Source of the DNA: Eledone cirrhosa
Taxonomy: Eukaryota
Assembly (NCBI GenBank): GCA_964016885.1
Contig: OZ024741.1
Coordinates: forward strand, 234,422,001 to 234,486,000
Direction: 5' to 3'
DNA length: 64,000 bases
The position numbers were made by a program, and so were the translations under genes. Positions 26,373-39,509 of this stretch are shown in pieces (within the stretch, counting starts at the first letter, position 1; each line of letters starts with the position of its first letter). A model generated the notes under the pieces. The model was not told the DNA's origin. It saw only the letters and a list, made by a program, of their open reading frames with translations, and did no database searches.

Positions 26373-27027
26373 TAAATATAAATTATCGAGAATCGCATTT
26401 CGGCCCACGAAAAAACGAAAAACAACCTCCGAGATGTGTGGCAAGTGCTCAATGATTCAGATGAACCAGAGCTATAACAAACGTTAAAGGCCAATCACAC
26501 TGAGACGATGGTTAAACAATCATTCGCATAGCCAAAAAAACCGATCAAGTAATTCGGGTCAAAAGAAATAAAAAATATCTGTGATTGAAAATTTACCCGG
26601 ACCCATGGAAGGTTGGTAAAATCCAGCATTTGGGTTTCTGCGGCTCCTAAATCAAGTACCGTCCGCTTACATAAATAATGTAAGGCTTCTGGTAAGATGA
26701 GTGAACAAGGAAGCCACTTTCTCAATAGGTTTTAGTTCAATGTTAATACAAGGACTGACTATTACTGACCCCACGTGGGGATCGGAAAGGAAGGCAACCC
26801 CTATATCAGGCGAATGAATTCAGTTGTGTATGTTATTGCAAGAATGCAAAAACATCACAAATCGAATAGAGTTCTCAACAGAAGGGTTAAAATTAACATA
26901 AGCTATTCATCAGTCAATAGAATCAACGAAAAAAATCAAGAAAATTAACTGGTCAATAGCTAGAGTCTGGAGATTAATATAAATACAAATTATCAAGAAT
27001 CGCATTTTGGCCCACGAAATAACAAAA
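26373..27027. repeat. Segment of about 600 bp bounded by about 47-bp direct repeats
   Basis: AAATA(T/C)AAATTATC(G/A)AGAATCGCATTTT(C)GGCCCACGAAA at about 26373 and 26981. Confidence 0.7.
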
Positions 27028-27181
27028 TATTCATGCATACAATCACACACACCACTCACAAACACACATATATATACATATATTACCGACAGTACTGATA
27101 CAAGATCAAAATCAAAATCATCAAAATCAAAATCAATATCATGTCAACTGTTGACCTTTCCCAGTCCAGTTCAGCTTGTAT

Positions 27182-28090
27182 AGAGGACTGAGAGTGAATC
27201 TAGCTAAGACAAAAGTGTTGATGAGTAGAAAAGAGGACAAAACCCTGATTCCATCAGGGAAATGGCCATGTTCGATATGCAGAAAAGGAACTGGCATAAA
27301 TTCTATAAAATGCACACAATGCAGATCCTGGGTACACAAGAGATATAGCGGGATAGCAGGCAAACTAACAGGTAGGGAGAAATATGTATGCAGTAGATGT
27401 ACAGGGAAATTAGACAGTAGAAGTCGCACTGATAGACACATTTTTCAAATGCAAGAGGGCGCTATAGAAGTGATGGATAGCTTCCGGTACCTAGGAGATC
27501 AGATTAGCATGGGAGGAGGGTGTTCCGAGGCCATAGTATCTAGAATAAGGATGGGTTGGAAGAAGTTTAGGGAGCTGCCTCCTCTGTTGACGAAGAAGGG
27601 TTTCTCCCTGCGTACGAAAGGCCGGTTGTATGATGCCTGTGTGAGGAGCGCGATGCTGCATGGTAGTGAGACATGGGCAGCAACTGCAGAGGATATGCGA
27701 CGGCTGGAGAGAAATGAGGCAAGCATGCTCCATTGGATGTGCAGTGTAAATGTGCGTGAACGACCCAGCATAAATGTGTTGAGAGAGAAACTGTGTCTTA
27801 GAGGGATAGAATGTAGTGTACGGGAGAGGAGACTGAGGTGGTATGGACATGTGATGCGCATGGAGGATGACCGATGGGTGAAGAAGTGCCAGGAAATGCC
27901 AGTTGAAGGAAGACGTGGTAGAGGTAGACCACGAAAAACATGGGCAGAGGTGGTGAGAACAGACCTCAGATCATTGAAGCTCACGGTGGAGATGACGAGG
28001 GACCGTGACGAGTGGAGAGATGCTGTGCTGAATAAGACCTGTCCCACCCTTGGAAGCAGGGAAAAGCGGATATAAAATGATGATGATGAT
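27182..28090 (+). mobile_element. RTE family A 3' fragment (open 299 aa)
   Basis: Near-identical to 15264-16166. Confidence 0.92.
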
Positions 28091-28101
28091 ATATATATAT
28101 A

Positions 28102-29084
28102 TCATCATCATCATCATCATCATCATCGTTTAACGTCCATTTTCCACGCTAGCATGGGTCTGGACGGGAATTGTCCCACTTGAGGCAAGATTGGTTGTCT
28201 TGTTCCGGACTGTCTGGCAGGTTTTCTACGGCTGGATGCCCTTCCTAACACCAACCACGTTTACAGTGTGGACTGGGAGGTTTTTACCGTGTTACCTACA
28301 CGGCCACATTATAGCGTGGACTGTGTGTTTTTTTGTCGCGACACCTACACGACCTCATTTGTTTCGGACTGGATGTTGTGGTACCAACATAACTTTACAT
28401 TGAAAAGGGGTGGTGTGGATGGGGTGGGGGTAGTGGGACGGGGGTGTATTTTGTTAGAGCTGCCTACTGACTGTAGGTTTCGCTTTGTACTTAGGCAAGG
28501 CAGGTCTTCTGTATAACTGTGTAGTGCCAAAGATCTCGGTCCAGTGACATTGTCTTGGAGAGGTGTAAGTGTGTGAGGTCGGAATTTATCAAGTCATCCC
28601 AGGTTTTTCTGGGTCCGCATACTCCGTGTCTCCCATCTATTTTTATCGCCCTGCTCTTTTTTATACAGCTGTCGTCTTTCATGCGCATCACGTGACCGTA
28701 CCAACGTAGTCTTCTCTCGAGTAAACAGCATCTGATCCCTCTTATTCCTAATTTCTCCCTTAGTTCGTTTATGCTTTGCCGTTCACATATATTACTATTA
28801 CACATCCAGCGGAACATGCAAGCTTGGTATCTCTCCAGTCTGCGTATATCCTCTGCACACAATGCCCAGGTCTCACTGCCATGTAACATTGCTGTTCATA
28901 TGTAGGCATCATACAGCCTGCCTTTCATTTTTAGAGAGAACCCTTTAGCGGCCAATAGTGGTATAAGCTCTCTGAACTTTTTCCATCCCGTTCTGACTCT
29001 AGCTACTGTACTTTCAGAGCACCCTCCCCCACTGCTGGTTTTGTCACCCAGATTACGGAAGCTGTCCACTATTTCTATAGAACC
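28102..29084 (-). mobile_element. RTE family B 3' fragment, tail-to-tail with the previous RTE
   Basis: GSIEIVDSF..GWKKFREL..LHGSETW; (GAT)n tail. Confidence 0.9.
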
Positions 29085-29085
29085 A

Positions 29086-30475
29086 TCGAGGAAAATGACC
29101 GACTGACTAGCACGCAACATGGCTTCCGCCCAGGAAGAAGCTGCCTTACACAGCTGCTACATCACTACGACTGGGTACTGAAACAACTACTAGACAGCTC
29201 ACATGTGGACGTGATATATCTTGACTTTGCGAAGGCCTTTGACAAGGTCGACCACGGAATGATATGTCACAAACTACACGGACTCGGCATAACTGGAAAA
29301 GTAGGTGTGTGGCTGCATGACTTCCTAAAGGACAGAATCCAGCAGCCGCAGCAAATGGGGCCCTCTCAAAGGAAACACCAATAACAAGTAGGGTGCCTCA
29401 GGGGACAGTCCTGGGACCACTACTGTTTTTGGTGGCTCTTTCGGACATGCCCTCTGTGGTGCATGCAACAACATCCCTCACTAGCTATGCTGATGACACT
29501 AAGGTAGCACAGGCAATCAGAAACCCGGCTGACGCTGCCCTTTTACAGCAGGATCTGGATGCCATATACAAATGGGCGGAAGAAAACAACATGCAGTTTA
29601 ATGCTGGCAAATTCCAAGCCCTACAATACAAACCTGCAAACAAACCTGCAAACACAATATAGTACAACACAACTACACAGGACCAGGAGGGACCGATATC
29701 CCCGTGTCAAAATCGATACGAGACCTGGGCATAGACATGAGCGATGATGCATCTTTTTCTTCACACATCATGAAAGTGGCGACAATGTGCAGACGACTCG
29801 CTGGCTGTATCTTGAGGACTTTCCAGACTAGAGATCGAGACACCATGTTGACACTATGGAAGACATTTGTCCTAAGCCACCTGGAATACTGTTCCCAGTT
29901 GTGGTCACCCCATAGTGTCAAACTAACGACGGAGCTTGAGGCAATCCAGCAAAGCTACACCAAGAGGATTGCCAAGATGAGAGAGACAAGCTACTGGGAG
30001 AGGCTAAAGGAACTGAACCTCTACTCCTTGGAACAAAGACGGGAGAGATACACAGTGATCTACATGTGGAAAATCCTGGAGGGACTAGCACCAAACTTTG
30101 GCATTGGGAGCTGGACCAACCGTCGAATAGGACGTCACTGTGTGGTGCCAAAGGTCCCGTCTTCCACATCTAGAATAAGGAGCAGGTATTGCAATAGCCT
30201 GGGATTCAAGGGCCCTCAACTCTTCAACAAGCTGCCGAGGGATCTGAGAGATTTGAATGACGTGGAGGTGGATGTCTTCAAGAAACATCTCGACACCTTG
30301 TTATCCAGGATCCCGGATGAGCCCACAGCAAGACACGAGGGAAACCTAAGGGCAGCAGCAACAAACTCCCTCTTACACCAGTGGCCAACCTATACAGGCT
30401 GGAGATAAAATGTGTAGCAACAAGGGCGGTGCCCCAGCATGGTCTCAGTCGGATGGCTGAAACAAGTAAAAGAGT
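29086..30475 (+). mobile_element. CR1-clade LINE ORF2 (RT) 3' part, frameshifted
   Basis: QHGFRPGRSCLTQLL, DVIYLDFAKAFDKVDH, VPQGTVLGPLLF, SYADDTK, HLEYCSQLWSP, LYSLEQRRER. Confidence 0.9.
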
Positions 30476-30497
30476 ATATATATATATATATATATAT

Positions 30498-31730
30498 ATG
30501 GCTTGTGAGAGCTATACAAGCCATGTATAAAGAAACAGTCAGTAAGGTTAGAATTAACAACGAATATAGTGAAGAGTTTAGCGTAAAAGTTGGTGTCCAT
30601 CAGGGCTCTGTTCTTAGCCCCCTACTATTTATTATTGCCCTTCAGGCTATAACAGAGGAGTTCAAGACCGGCTGCCCATGGGAACTCCTATACGCAGATG
30701 ATCCAACGCTCATAGCTGAATCAATAACCGAACTAGAGAAGAAATTCCAAACATGGAAGCACGGCCTAGAATCAAAAGGCCTTAAAATTAACCTGGCTAA
30801 GACTAAAGTTCTAGTTTGTAGGAAAGAAAATAAGGCGGCAGTCCCATCTGGGAAATGGCCATGCTCAGTGTGTAGGAAAGGCGTAGGTAGAAACTCCATT
30901 TTATGTCCCAAATGCAAAGTATGGGTGCATAAAAGATGTAGTGGGATCACAGGTAAGCTAACTAAGAACATAGATTTTACATGTGGCCGGTGTTCTAGGG
31001 CAATATATCCTCGTAAGGCTACGTTGGTACGGTCACATGATGCGCATGAAAGACGACAGCTGTATAACAAAGTGCAGGGCAATAAAGATAGACGGTAGCC
31101 ACGGAGTAGGCAGACCCAGAAAAACATGGGACGAGCTGATAAATTCCGACCTCACACGCTTACACCTCTCCAAGACAATGTCACTGGACCGAGATCTTTG
31201 GCGGTACTCAGTAATAGAGAAGACCCGCCTTACCTAAATACAAAGTAAAAACCTACTACAGTCAGTAGGCATCTCTATCAAAACACACCCCCATCCCACC
31301 ACCTCCACCCCATCCACACCGCCCCTTTCAATGTAAAGTTATGTTGGTCCCACAACATCCAGGCCGAAACAAATGAGATCGTGTAGGTGTCACGACAAAA
31401 AACACACAGTCCACGCTGTAAATGTGGCCGTGTAGGCAACACGGTAAAAACCTCCCAGCCCCACACTGTAAATGTGGTTGGTGTTAGGAAGGGCATCCAG
31501 CTGTAGAAAACCTGCCAGACAGTCCACGCTGTAATGTGGCCGTGTAGGCAACACGGTAAAAACCTCCCAGCCCCACACTGTAAATGTGGTTGGTGTTAGA
31601 AAACTGTAAAAAACCCGCCAGACAGTCCTATGCGAGCAAGACAACCACTCTTGCCTCAAGTGGGAAAACCCCCGTCCAAACCCATGCAAGCGTGGAACAC
31701 GGACGCTAAACCTGATGATGATGATGATGA
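30498..31730 (+). mobile_element. RTE family B fragment with internal deletion and duplicated UTR block
   Basis: HQGSVLSPLLF, YADD, PHD-like CSVC..CPKC..H..C..CGRC. Confidence 0.9.
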
Positions 31731-31909
31731 TATATATATATATATATGTCTGTATATATATCCTGTGTTGTTTACTTGTCTCACTCGCTTTACGCGTTTC
31801 AATTGTCCCAATAACTTATTTTAGTTATTGTCGCACCAACGTGAGGTGTATGATTTTTAATGCGATGAAATACCAATGATCGTTGGCAAATCACTGATGA
31901 GAGACTCAT

Positions 31910-33045
31910 TTGGGTGCATAAAAGATGTAGTGGGATCACAGGTAAGCTAACTAAGAACATAGATTTTACATGTGGCCAGTGTTCTGGGGCAATAAGTAGC
32001 AGCAAGTGCCCAAAAAATACTAGCTCTTTCAATTGCGCAGAGGGTTCTATAGAAATAGTGGACAGCTTCCGTTACCTGGGTGACAAAATCAGCAGTGGGG
32101 GAGGGTGCTCTGAAAGTACAGTAGCTAGAGTCAGAACTGGATGGAAAAAGTTCCGAGAGCTTATATCACTATTAGCTGCTAAAGGGTTCTCTCTAAAAAT
32201 GAAAGGCAGGTTGTACGATGCCTGCATACGAACAGCAATGTTGCATGGCAGTGAGACCTGGGCATTGTGTGCAGAGGATATACGCAGACTAGAGAGAAAC
32301 AAAGCTTGCATGCTCCGCTGGATGTGTAATAGTAATATACGTGAACGGCAAAGCATAAACGAACTAAGGAAAAAATTAGAAATAAGATGTTGTTTACTTT
32401 ATTAGAATAAGATGTTGTTTACTCGAGAGAAGGCTACGTTGGTATGGTCACGTGATGCGCATGAAGGACGATAGCTGTATAACAAAGTGCAGGGCAATAA
32501 AGATAGACGGTAGCCACGGAATAGGCAGACCCAGAAAAACCTGGGATGACCTGATAAATTCTGACCTCACACACTTACACCTCACCAAGACAATGTCACT
32601 GGACCGAGACCTTTGGCGGTACTCAGTAATAGAGAAGACCCGCCTTACCTAAATACAAAGTAAAACCTACTACAGTCAGTAGGCATCTCTAACAAAATAC
32701 ACCCCCGTCCCACCCACCCCACCCCATCCACACCGCCCCTTTCAATGTAAAGTTATGTTGGTGCCACAACATCCAGGCCGAAACAAATGAGATCGTGTAG
32801 GTGTCACGTAAAAAAAACACACAGTTCACGCTGTAATGTGGCCGTGTAGGCAACACGGTAAAAACCTCCCAGCCCTACACTGTAAATGTGGTTGGTGTTA
32901 GGAAGGGCATCCAGCTGTAGAAAACCCGCCAGATAGTCCTATTCGAGCAAGATAACCACTCTTGCCTCAAGTGGGAAAACCCTCCGTCCAAACCCATGCA
33001 AGCATGGAACACGGACGTTAAACGATTATGATGATGATGATGATG
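31910..33045 (+). mobile_element. RTE family B 3' fragment
   Basis: ORFs 31914-32405 and 32452-32652; full tail. Confidence 0.9.
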
Positions 33046-33144
33046 ATATATGTCTATATATATATATATATATGTCTATATATATATATATATAAAATAA
33101 AGTTAAATAAAAAGTCAAATGATTAAAATTTAGCTTCGTTTATT

Positions 33145-33199
33145 ACTGCTATATATATTTCAGTGACAGCCATCTTTGGCTGTGACCTCTTCAGGCAGT
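33145..33199 (-). ncRNA. Minimal type I hammerhead
   Basis: ACTGC CTGAAGA GGT-C-ACAGCCA-AAGA-TGGCTGT-C-ACT GAAA TATATA TA GCAGT; stem I 5 bp; partial inverted copy at 35343-35381. Confidence 0.7.
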
Positions 33200-33928
33200 T
33201 TGAATTAGTATGGTATAGACAAGTACATATGTTGTTGAGGTGTATAATATTGTCAATACTCTGATATGCCCAATTCCTGGTTGGGTTGTTATTTCACTGA
33301 GGAACTGGAATCATATGAATCCAAGCAAACGCATTTCAGTGTCAAAGGTCCTCTTCTCCTCTCATTGGTCAGTTATTAGAACATTCCTCATTCTGAGTGT
33401 TGTTATTGTTGGAGTTAGCTTAAAAAATTGATAAAATGGTAGAAGGGACAAGGTGTTAAAGGAACAAAATAACAAAAAAAGTGTCAAACTTCCCATTGGT
33501 CAGTTCTGAGAGCATTCCTCAGTCAGAAGTCTATAGAATTCTTTCTGGGGTGAGGCTACCTGTAGTGTTTTTGTTTGCTATTGTTAAGTACATTTGACCT
33601 CTACCATTATTTTGGTAGTGTTGTTGGTGGGTGTGTGGTCAGCTTATATCTTGCTGCTGCTAACAATTTAGAAGTATACAGTGTGTGTTTTTTCTTCATC
33701 CCTCTTGCCACCATCTCATAGTAGTGGTGGTGGTGGTTTTGGGGGTTCTTCCATGTATATGAAGAAATATAAGGCAATAAATGAAGAAAACAGAAAATAA
33801 ATAAATAATATAATAAAATAATTTGTATAATTTGAAAATAAATAAATAAATAGAGAATAAAGAATATAGAATAAACGAAAAATTGGTGAAAAAGTAATGA
33901 AAATGAATATGGAGAAGTGAAAAATAAT

Positions 33929-34111
33929 TGTTTCTACTTTTGTTTCTACAGCAATTAACCAGTACATTACTGGTACTTTATTTTATCGACCCCGTAAGGA
34001 TGAAAGGCAAAGTTAACCTCGGCGGGATTTGAACTCAGACCGTAAAGGGACGTAACTATGCTAGAAAGCATGGCGTCCGACTCTCTACTGATACTGCCAA
34101 TCCACCGCCCT
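33929..34111 (-). mobile_element. Full-length Meta-SINE-like insertion with 19-bp TSD
   Basis: TSD TGGAGAAGTGAAAAATAAT at 33910-33928 and 34112-34130; empty site at about 35146-35164. Confidence 0.92.
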
Positions 34112-34371
34112 TGGAGAAGTGAAAAATAATGTAGGATAAAGTGGGTGTGTGCTATAACCAATCTCAAGGTCAGAAATATGTTGGATAGATTGGTATGAGG
34201 ACAAGATGTTAAGATAAGATAATCAAACTAAATGTGTTTGTGTTATAATCAATCTCAACTTAAAAATAAATATAAGGTGATACAGTGAAGAAGGCAGAAA
34301 ACAAATAACAAATTAATAAAGAGAAATCAAGATTTAAAATTGGAACTTGAAAATCAAAAATCTAGTAAATT

Positions 34372-34668
34372 AAAGACCGCTGGTACAACCATAGCCATTC
34401 ATTCAAGAAGCAGGCCAAAAGGAAAAGCACAACTCTCTCCGACCTGATCTGGAAGCTTAAGCTGGACAGGACCCCATACTCTCTGGCCTGGTACATAATC
34501 AGGAAAGTACCACCCGATAAAGGGGGATCTTGCATATGCAAACTATGCCTGAATGAGACCCTCGAGATACTAAGAGGTGGAAGCGGCCTGATAAACCTCA
34601 GAACCGACTTCTTCGGGACATGCAGACACCTTAGAGCCGGGACCTTTCTCAAGATATATGGACAGTAG
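34372..34668 (+). pseudogene. Penelope-like GIY-YIG C-terminal fragment
   Basis: KDRWYNHSHSF..STTLSDLIWKLK..YSLAWYII..CKLCLNETLEI..LINLRTDFFGTCRH (manual translation). Confidence 0.8.
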
Positions 34669-35522
34669 CAACACAAGAAGATGTGAACTCCCCTCAAACT
34701 ATAGGGACTTCTACAGAACATGAAAACACCTCTCGGCCAGACCTCCCTCAAGCTATATGGGCAGTAACAACACCCTAGGTTGTGAACTCCCCTCAAGCCA
34801 TAGGGAACAACCCAGGCTGAGCAGACACCATGATAGCCTAGAGATAGAATCGGACACAGCCATTATAATTTAGCCAACATCTATATAACACAAACACTTT
34901 TTAATTTACTAGATTTCTGATTTTCAAGTTCCAATTTTAAATCTTGATTTCTCTTTATTAATTTGTTATTTGTTTTCTGCCCTCTTCACTGTATCACCTT
35001 ATATTTATTTGTAAGTTGAGATTGATTATAACACAAACACATTTAGTTTGATTATCTTATCTTAACATCTTGTCCTCATACCAATTTATCCAACATATTT
35101 CTGACCTTGAGATTGGTTATAGCACACACACACACTTTATCCTACATTATTTTTCACTTCTCCATATTCATTTTCATTACTTTTTCACCAATTTTTCATT
35201 TATTCTTTATTCTTTATTCTTTATTCTTTATTCTTTATTCTCTATTTATTTATTTATTTTCAAAATGTACAAATTATATTAATTATTTTATTATATTATT
35301 TATTTATTTTCTGTTTTCTTCATTTATTGCCTTATATTTCTTGTCACAGCCAAAGATGGCTGTCACTGAAATATATATAGCTAAATTTTAATTATTTGAC
35401 TTTTTATTTAACTTTATTTTACACTACTCCGGAGTAACCAAACCAACCTGCGCACTTCGTCGAGTGCTCCAGCCTGCATACTGAGGTGTTGGTATACAAC
35501 CAACATAAACTCAAAATCTATA

Positions 35523-35561
<39 letters not shown>

Positions 35562-35714
35562 GCCTATATATATATATATGCCTATATATATATATATGTC
35601 TCTATATATATATATATATATATATATAAATATATATATGTCTCTCTATATATATATATATATATATATAAATATATATATATGTCTATATATATATATA
35701 TATAAATATATATA

Positions 35715-35752
<38 letters not shown>

Positions 35753-35785
35753 TACATATATATATAGACATATATATATTTATAT

Positions 35786-35818
<33 letters not shown>

Positions 35819-35872
35819 AATATATATATGTCTATATATATATGTATATTTATATATATATATATATATATA

Positions 35873-35912
<40 letters not shown>

Positions 35913-35963
35913 TATATATGTCTATATATATATATAAATATATATATGTCTATATATATATAT

Positions 35964-36008
<45 letters not shown>

Positions 36009-36042
36009 TATATAAATATATATATAAATATATATATATATA

Positions 36043-36401
<359 letters not shown>

Positions 36402-36479
36402 TATATATATTTATATAGACATATATATATTTATATATATATATAGACATATATATATTTATATATATATATAAATATA

Positions 36480-36548
<69 letters not shown>

Positions 36549-36551
<3 letters not shown>

Positions 36552-36768
36552 AAGGCGTGTGGCTGAGTGGTTAGAGAATTGGATTCGCAATCGTAAGGTT
36601 GTGAGTTCGATTCCTGGACAGGGCAATGCGTTATGTCCTTGAGCAAGACACTTTATTTCACGTTGCTCCTTCTACCTGGAGTTGCGACCGATAGATAGTA
36701 TTAGCAATTGGAAAGACCAACGGAAACATTGTTTGGTCGGTCCGATTTGACGAAAGTCGAACGTTTTA

Positions 36769-36772
<4 letters not shown>
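36549..36772 (+). mobile_element. CORE-like tRNA SINE, right arm
   Basis: TGGCTGAGTGG A-box, GAGTTCGATTCC B-box, GTCCTTGAGCAAGACACTT core. Confidence 0.88.
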
Positions 36773-36811
<39 letters not shown>

Positions 36812-36834
36812 TGATATATATATTTATATATATT

Positions 36835-36865
<31 letters not shown>

Positions 36866-37027
36866 ATTTATATATATATATAGACATATATATATTTATA
36901 TATATATATATATAGACATATATATATTTATATATATATATATATAGACATATATATATTTATATAGACATATATATATGTCTATATATATATATATATA
37001 TATATAAATATATATGTCTATATATAT

Positions 37028-37061
<34 letters not shown>

Positions 37062-37143
37062 GTCTACATATATATATTTATATATATTTATATATATATA
37101 TTTATATATATTTATATATATATTTATATATATATATGTAGAC

Positions 37144-37201
<58 letters not shown>

Positions 37202-37244
37202 GTAGACATATATATATATATTTATATATATATATATATATATA

Positions 37245-37290
<46 letters not shown>

Positions 37291-37423
37291 TATATAGACA
37301 TATATATATTTATATATATATATATATATATATATAATGAAAAATTGAACAGGGACAGAACAGAGAGGCAGTACGATAAATGTTTATTAAATTCACGCTC
37401 AGGAGAGTGGGGGGTAGGTGGGG

Positions 37424-37457
37424 GACGACGTTTCGGGCATAAGCCCTTCTTCAGGTG
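37424..37457 (-). ncRNA. Minimal hammerhead of the Penelope type
   Basis: CTGAAGA A GGGC-TTAT-GCCC GAAA CGTC; palindromic ACGT stem III, stem I only 2 bp. Confidence 0.6.
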
Positions 37458-38601
37458 AGAGTTCAAAAGGTGTGTAGAGGAGTGGTGGAGAGACATATAG
37501 CGAAAGGAAACGGTGCGAATGAAAAATTAACAAATAAAGACAAAAATATAATAAATAATAAATATATATATAATAATATAATAAATAATAAATAAAAATC
37601 AAAATACAAGGAATGAGAAAATTTAAAAATAAAGGCATGATCAAAATAAACTGAAATTAAAAGGGGGGTAAACAGGTGGTGGAAGGGTGTGGGATGAGTA
37701 GAGGTGGTGGCGGGTGGAGTGGGGAGAGGGAGACGGGGTGTCCGAGCGGGGAGGGCTGAAGGTGGTGTGTGTGGTTAGGTGTGCGTGTGTGTGTGTGTGT
37801 GTGTATGTGAAAGTGAGGGTTGGGGGAAGAACGGGGTTGCATGTTCAGGAAGGTGTGTGTGGGGGGTGTTTTTGTGGGTCGGAGGGTCTGTGCGTGTGTG
37901 GATAGGGGTGTGGGGGGAGAGGAATCAGGGGGCTGAGGGTGTAAATATGTGGTGGGAAGCACGTGCGTGTGGTTTAAGCGTGTTGTGGGTGTGGGTGGCG
38001 TGTGGATAAAAAAAATTGTTTTGGGGTGTGTGTGTGGGTGAGTTATATAGGTGATGGTGTAAGAGGATGGTTGAAAGTGGTAAGTTACACGGATGTATGG
38101 ATTTTGGCTGGAAGTCAAAACGCGTGTGGGTAATCCAAGAAGCGGTGGTCGGAAGAGGAGAGATGTGGGGTGCGTGCGTAACAGGAAGTGGTCAGCAGTG
38201 GAAGTGCTGTGGTCAGTTGGTGCTGAGACAGTGGTCGGAAGGGCATAGCAGCAGTCGGCGGAATGGTAGGGAGGCGAGGATGGGTTGGAGTGAGGAGGGT
38301 GTGTGTGTGTGTGTGTGTGTATTAGTAGGGATGTTAGTGGGATGAGTGAGTGTGGAGTGGGGAGAGAAGGGTGTGTGTGGTTCTATGGAGGGAGTGTGGT
38401 GTACTGGTGTGTGTGTAGTTTGGTGAGGTGTTAGTGGGTGTTAGTATACGGGAGGTGGGGAGGGGTGGAATGCAGGTGTGAGTGGGGGTTAGTGGGGGTA
38501 GGGTGTGTAGAGTTGGTGGTGTACGAGGGTGTGTGGGTACGTGTGCGTGGGGTTGGAGGAGACATATATATATTTATATATTTATATATATATATATATA
38601 T

Positions 38602-39378
38602 ATTTAGAATTGGAGCTCTGAAATAGCAATATATATATGGATGTATATATAATGTATTTTGCAATACACTTTATGCTTAATTAAAAGCATTTTGAAGACC
38701 GTAAGCTATTGTTTTAAAGTAGTGACAAATTCACTCACTTTGATCTCAGCAAACAGGGGAGATAAGCCGACATGACATGTTTCGCTTTTGTTGAAGCTTA
38801 TCAAGGCCAACTACCCCGCCTGTCTACTGAGATCAATGATGTTATATTCTTATAGAAATCTAGTAAATAATCAGGAGCTGATTATGCAGAGCGGTTGTTG
38901 GTCAGGCATCAACAAAAGCGAAACATGTCATGTCGGCTTATCTCCCCTGTTTGCTGAGATCAAAGTGAGTGAATTTGTCACTACTTTAAAACAATAGCTT
39001 ACGGTCTTCAAAATGCTTTTAATTAAGCATAAAGTGTATTGCAAAATACATTATATATACATCCATATATATATTGCTATTTCAGAGCTCCAATTCTAAA
39101 TTTTAATTTCTGCCTGACCAACAACCGCTCTGCATAATCAGCTCCTGATTATTTACTAGATTTCTATAAGAATATAACATCATTGATCTCAGTAGACAGG
39201 CGGGGTAGTTGGCCTTGATAAGCTTCAACAAAAGCGAAACATGTCATGTCGGCTTATCTCCCCTGTTTGCTAAGATCAAAGTGAGTGAATTTGTCACTAC
39301 TTTAAAACAATAGCTTACGGTCTTCAAAATGCTTTTAATTAAGCATGAAGTGTATTGCAAAATACATTATATATACAT

Positions 39379-39390
<12 letters not shown>
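38602..39390. repeat. 316-bp monomer: 1.5 tandem copies (+) preceded by an inverted 307-bp copy
   Basis: 38909 corresponds to 39225 (period 316); 38602-38908 is the reverse complement; copies nearly identical. Confidence 0.9.
39207..39254 (+). ncRNA. Hammerhead with U3-A8 core (identical copy at 38765-38812 minus)
   Basis: TTGATAA GCTT-CAACAA-AAGC GAAA CATG TC; stem I AGTTGGC/GTCGGCT imperfect at its base. Confidence 0.55.
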
Positions 39391-39452
<62 letters not shown>

Positions 39453-39461
39453 TTATATATA

Positions 39462-39502
<41 letters not shown>

Positions 39503-39509
<7 letters not shown>

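Larger units (their letters stand above)
33762..35341. repeat. Long inverted duplication (arms about 33762-34373 and 34899-35341)
   Basis: Arms nearly identical apart from a SINE in the left arm and (TTCTTTA)n copy number. Confidence 0.9.

Noticed and set aside
31885-31910. CTGATGA core before an RTE fragment
   Set aside because: Truncated; no GAAA or cleavage site
36549-36625. tRNA gene (also 16450-16524 and 19277-19350)
   Set aside because: No proper acceptor stem or terminator; continues into a SINE core
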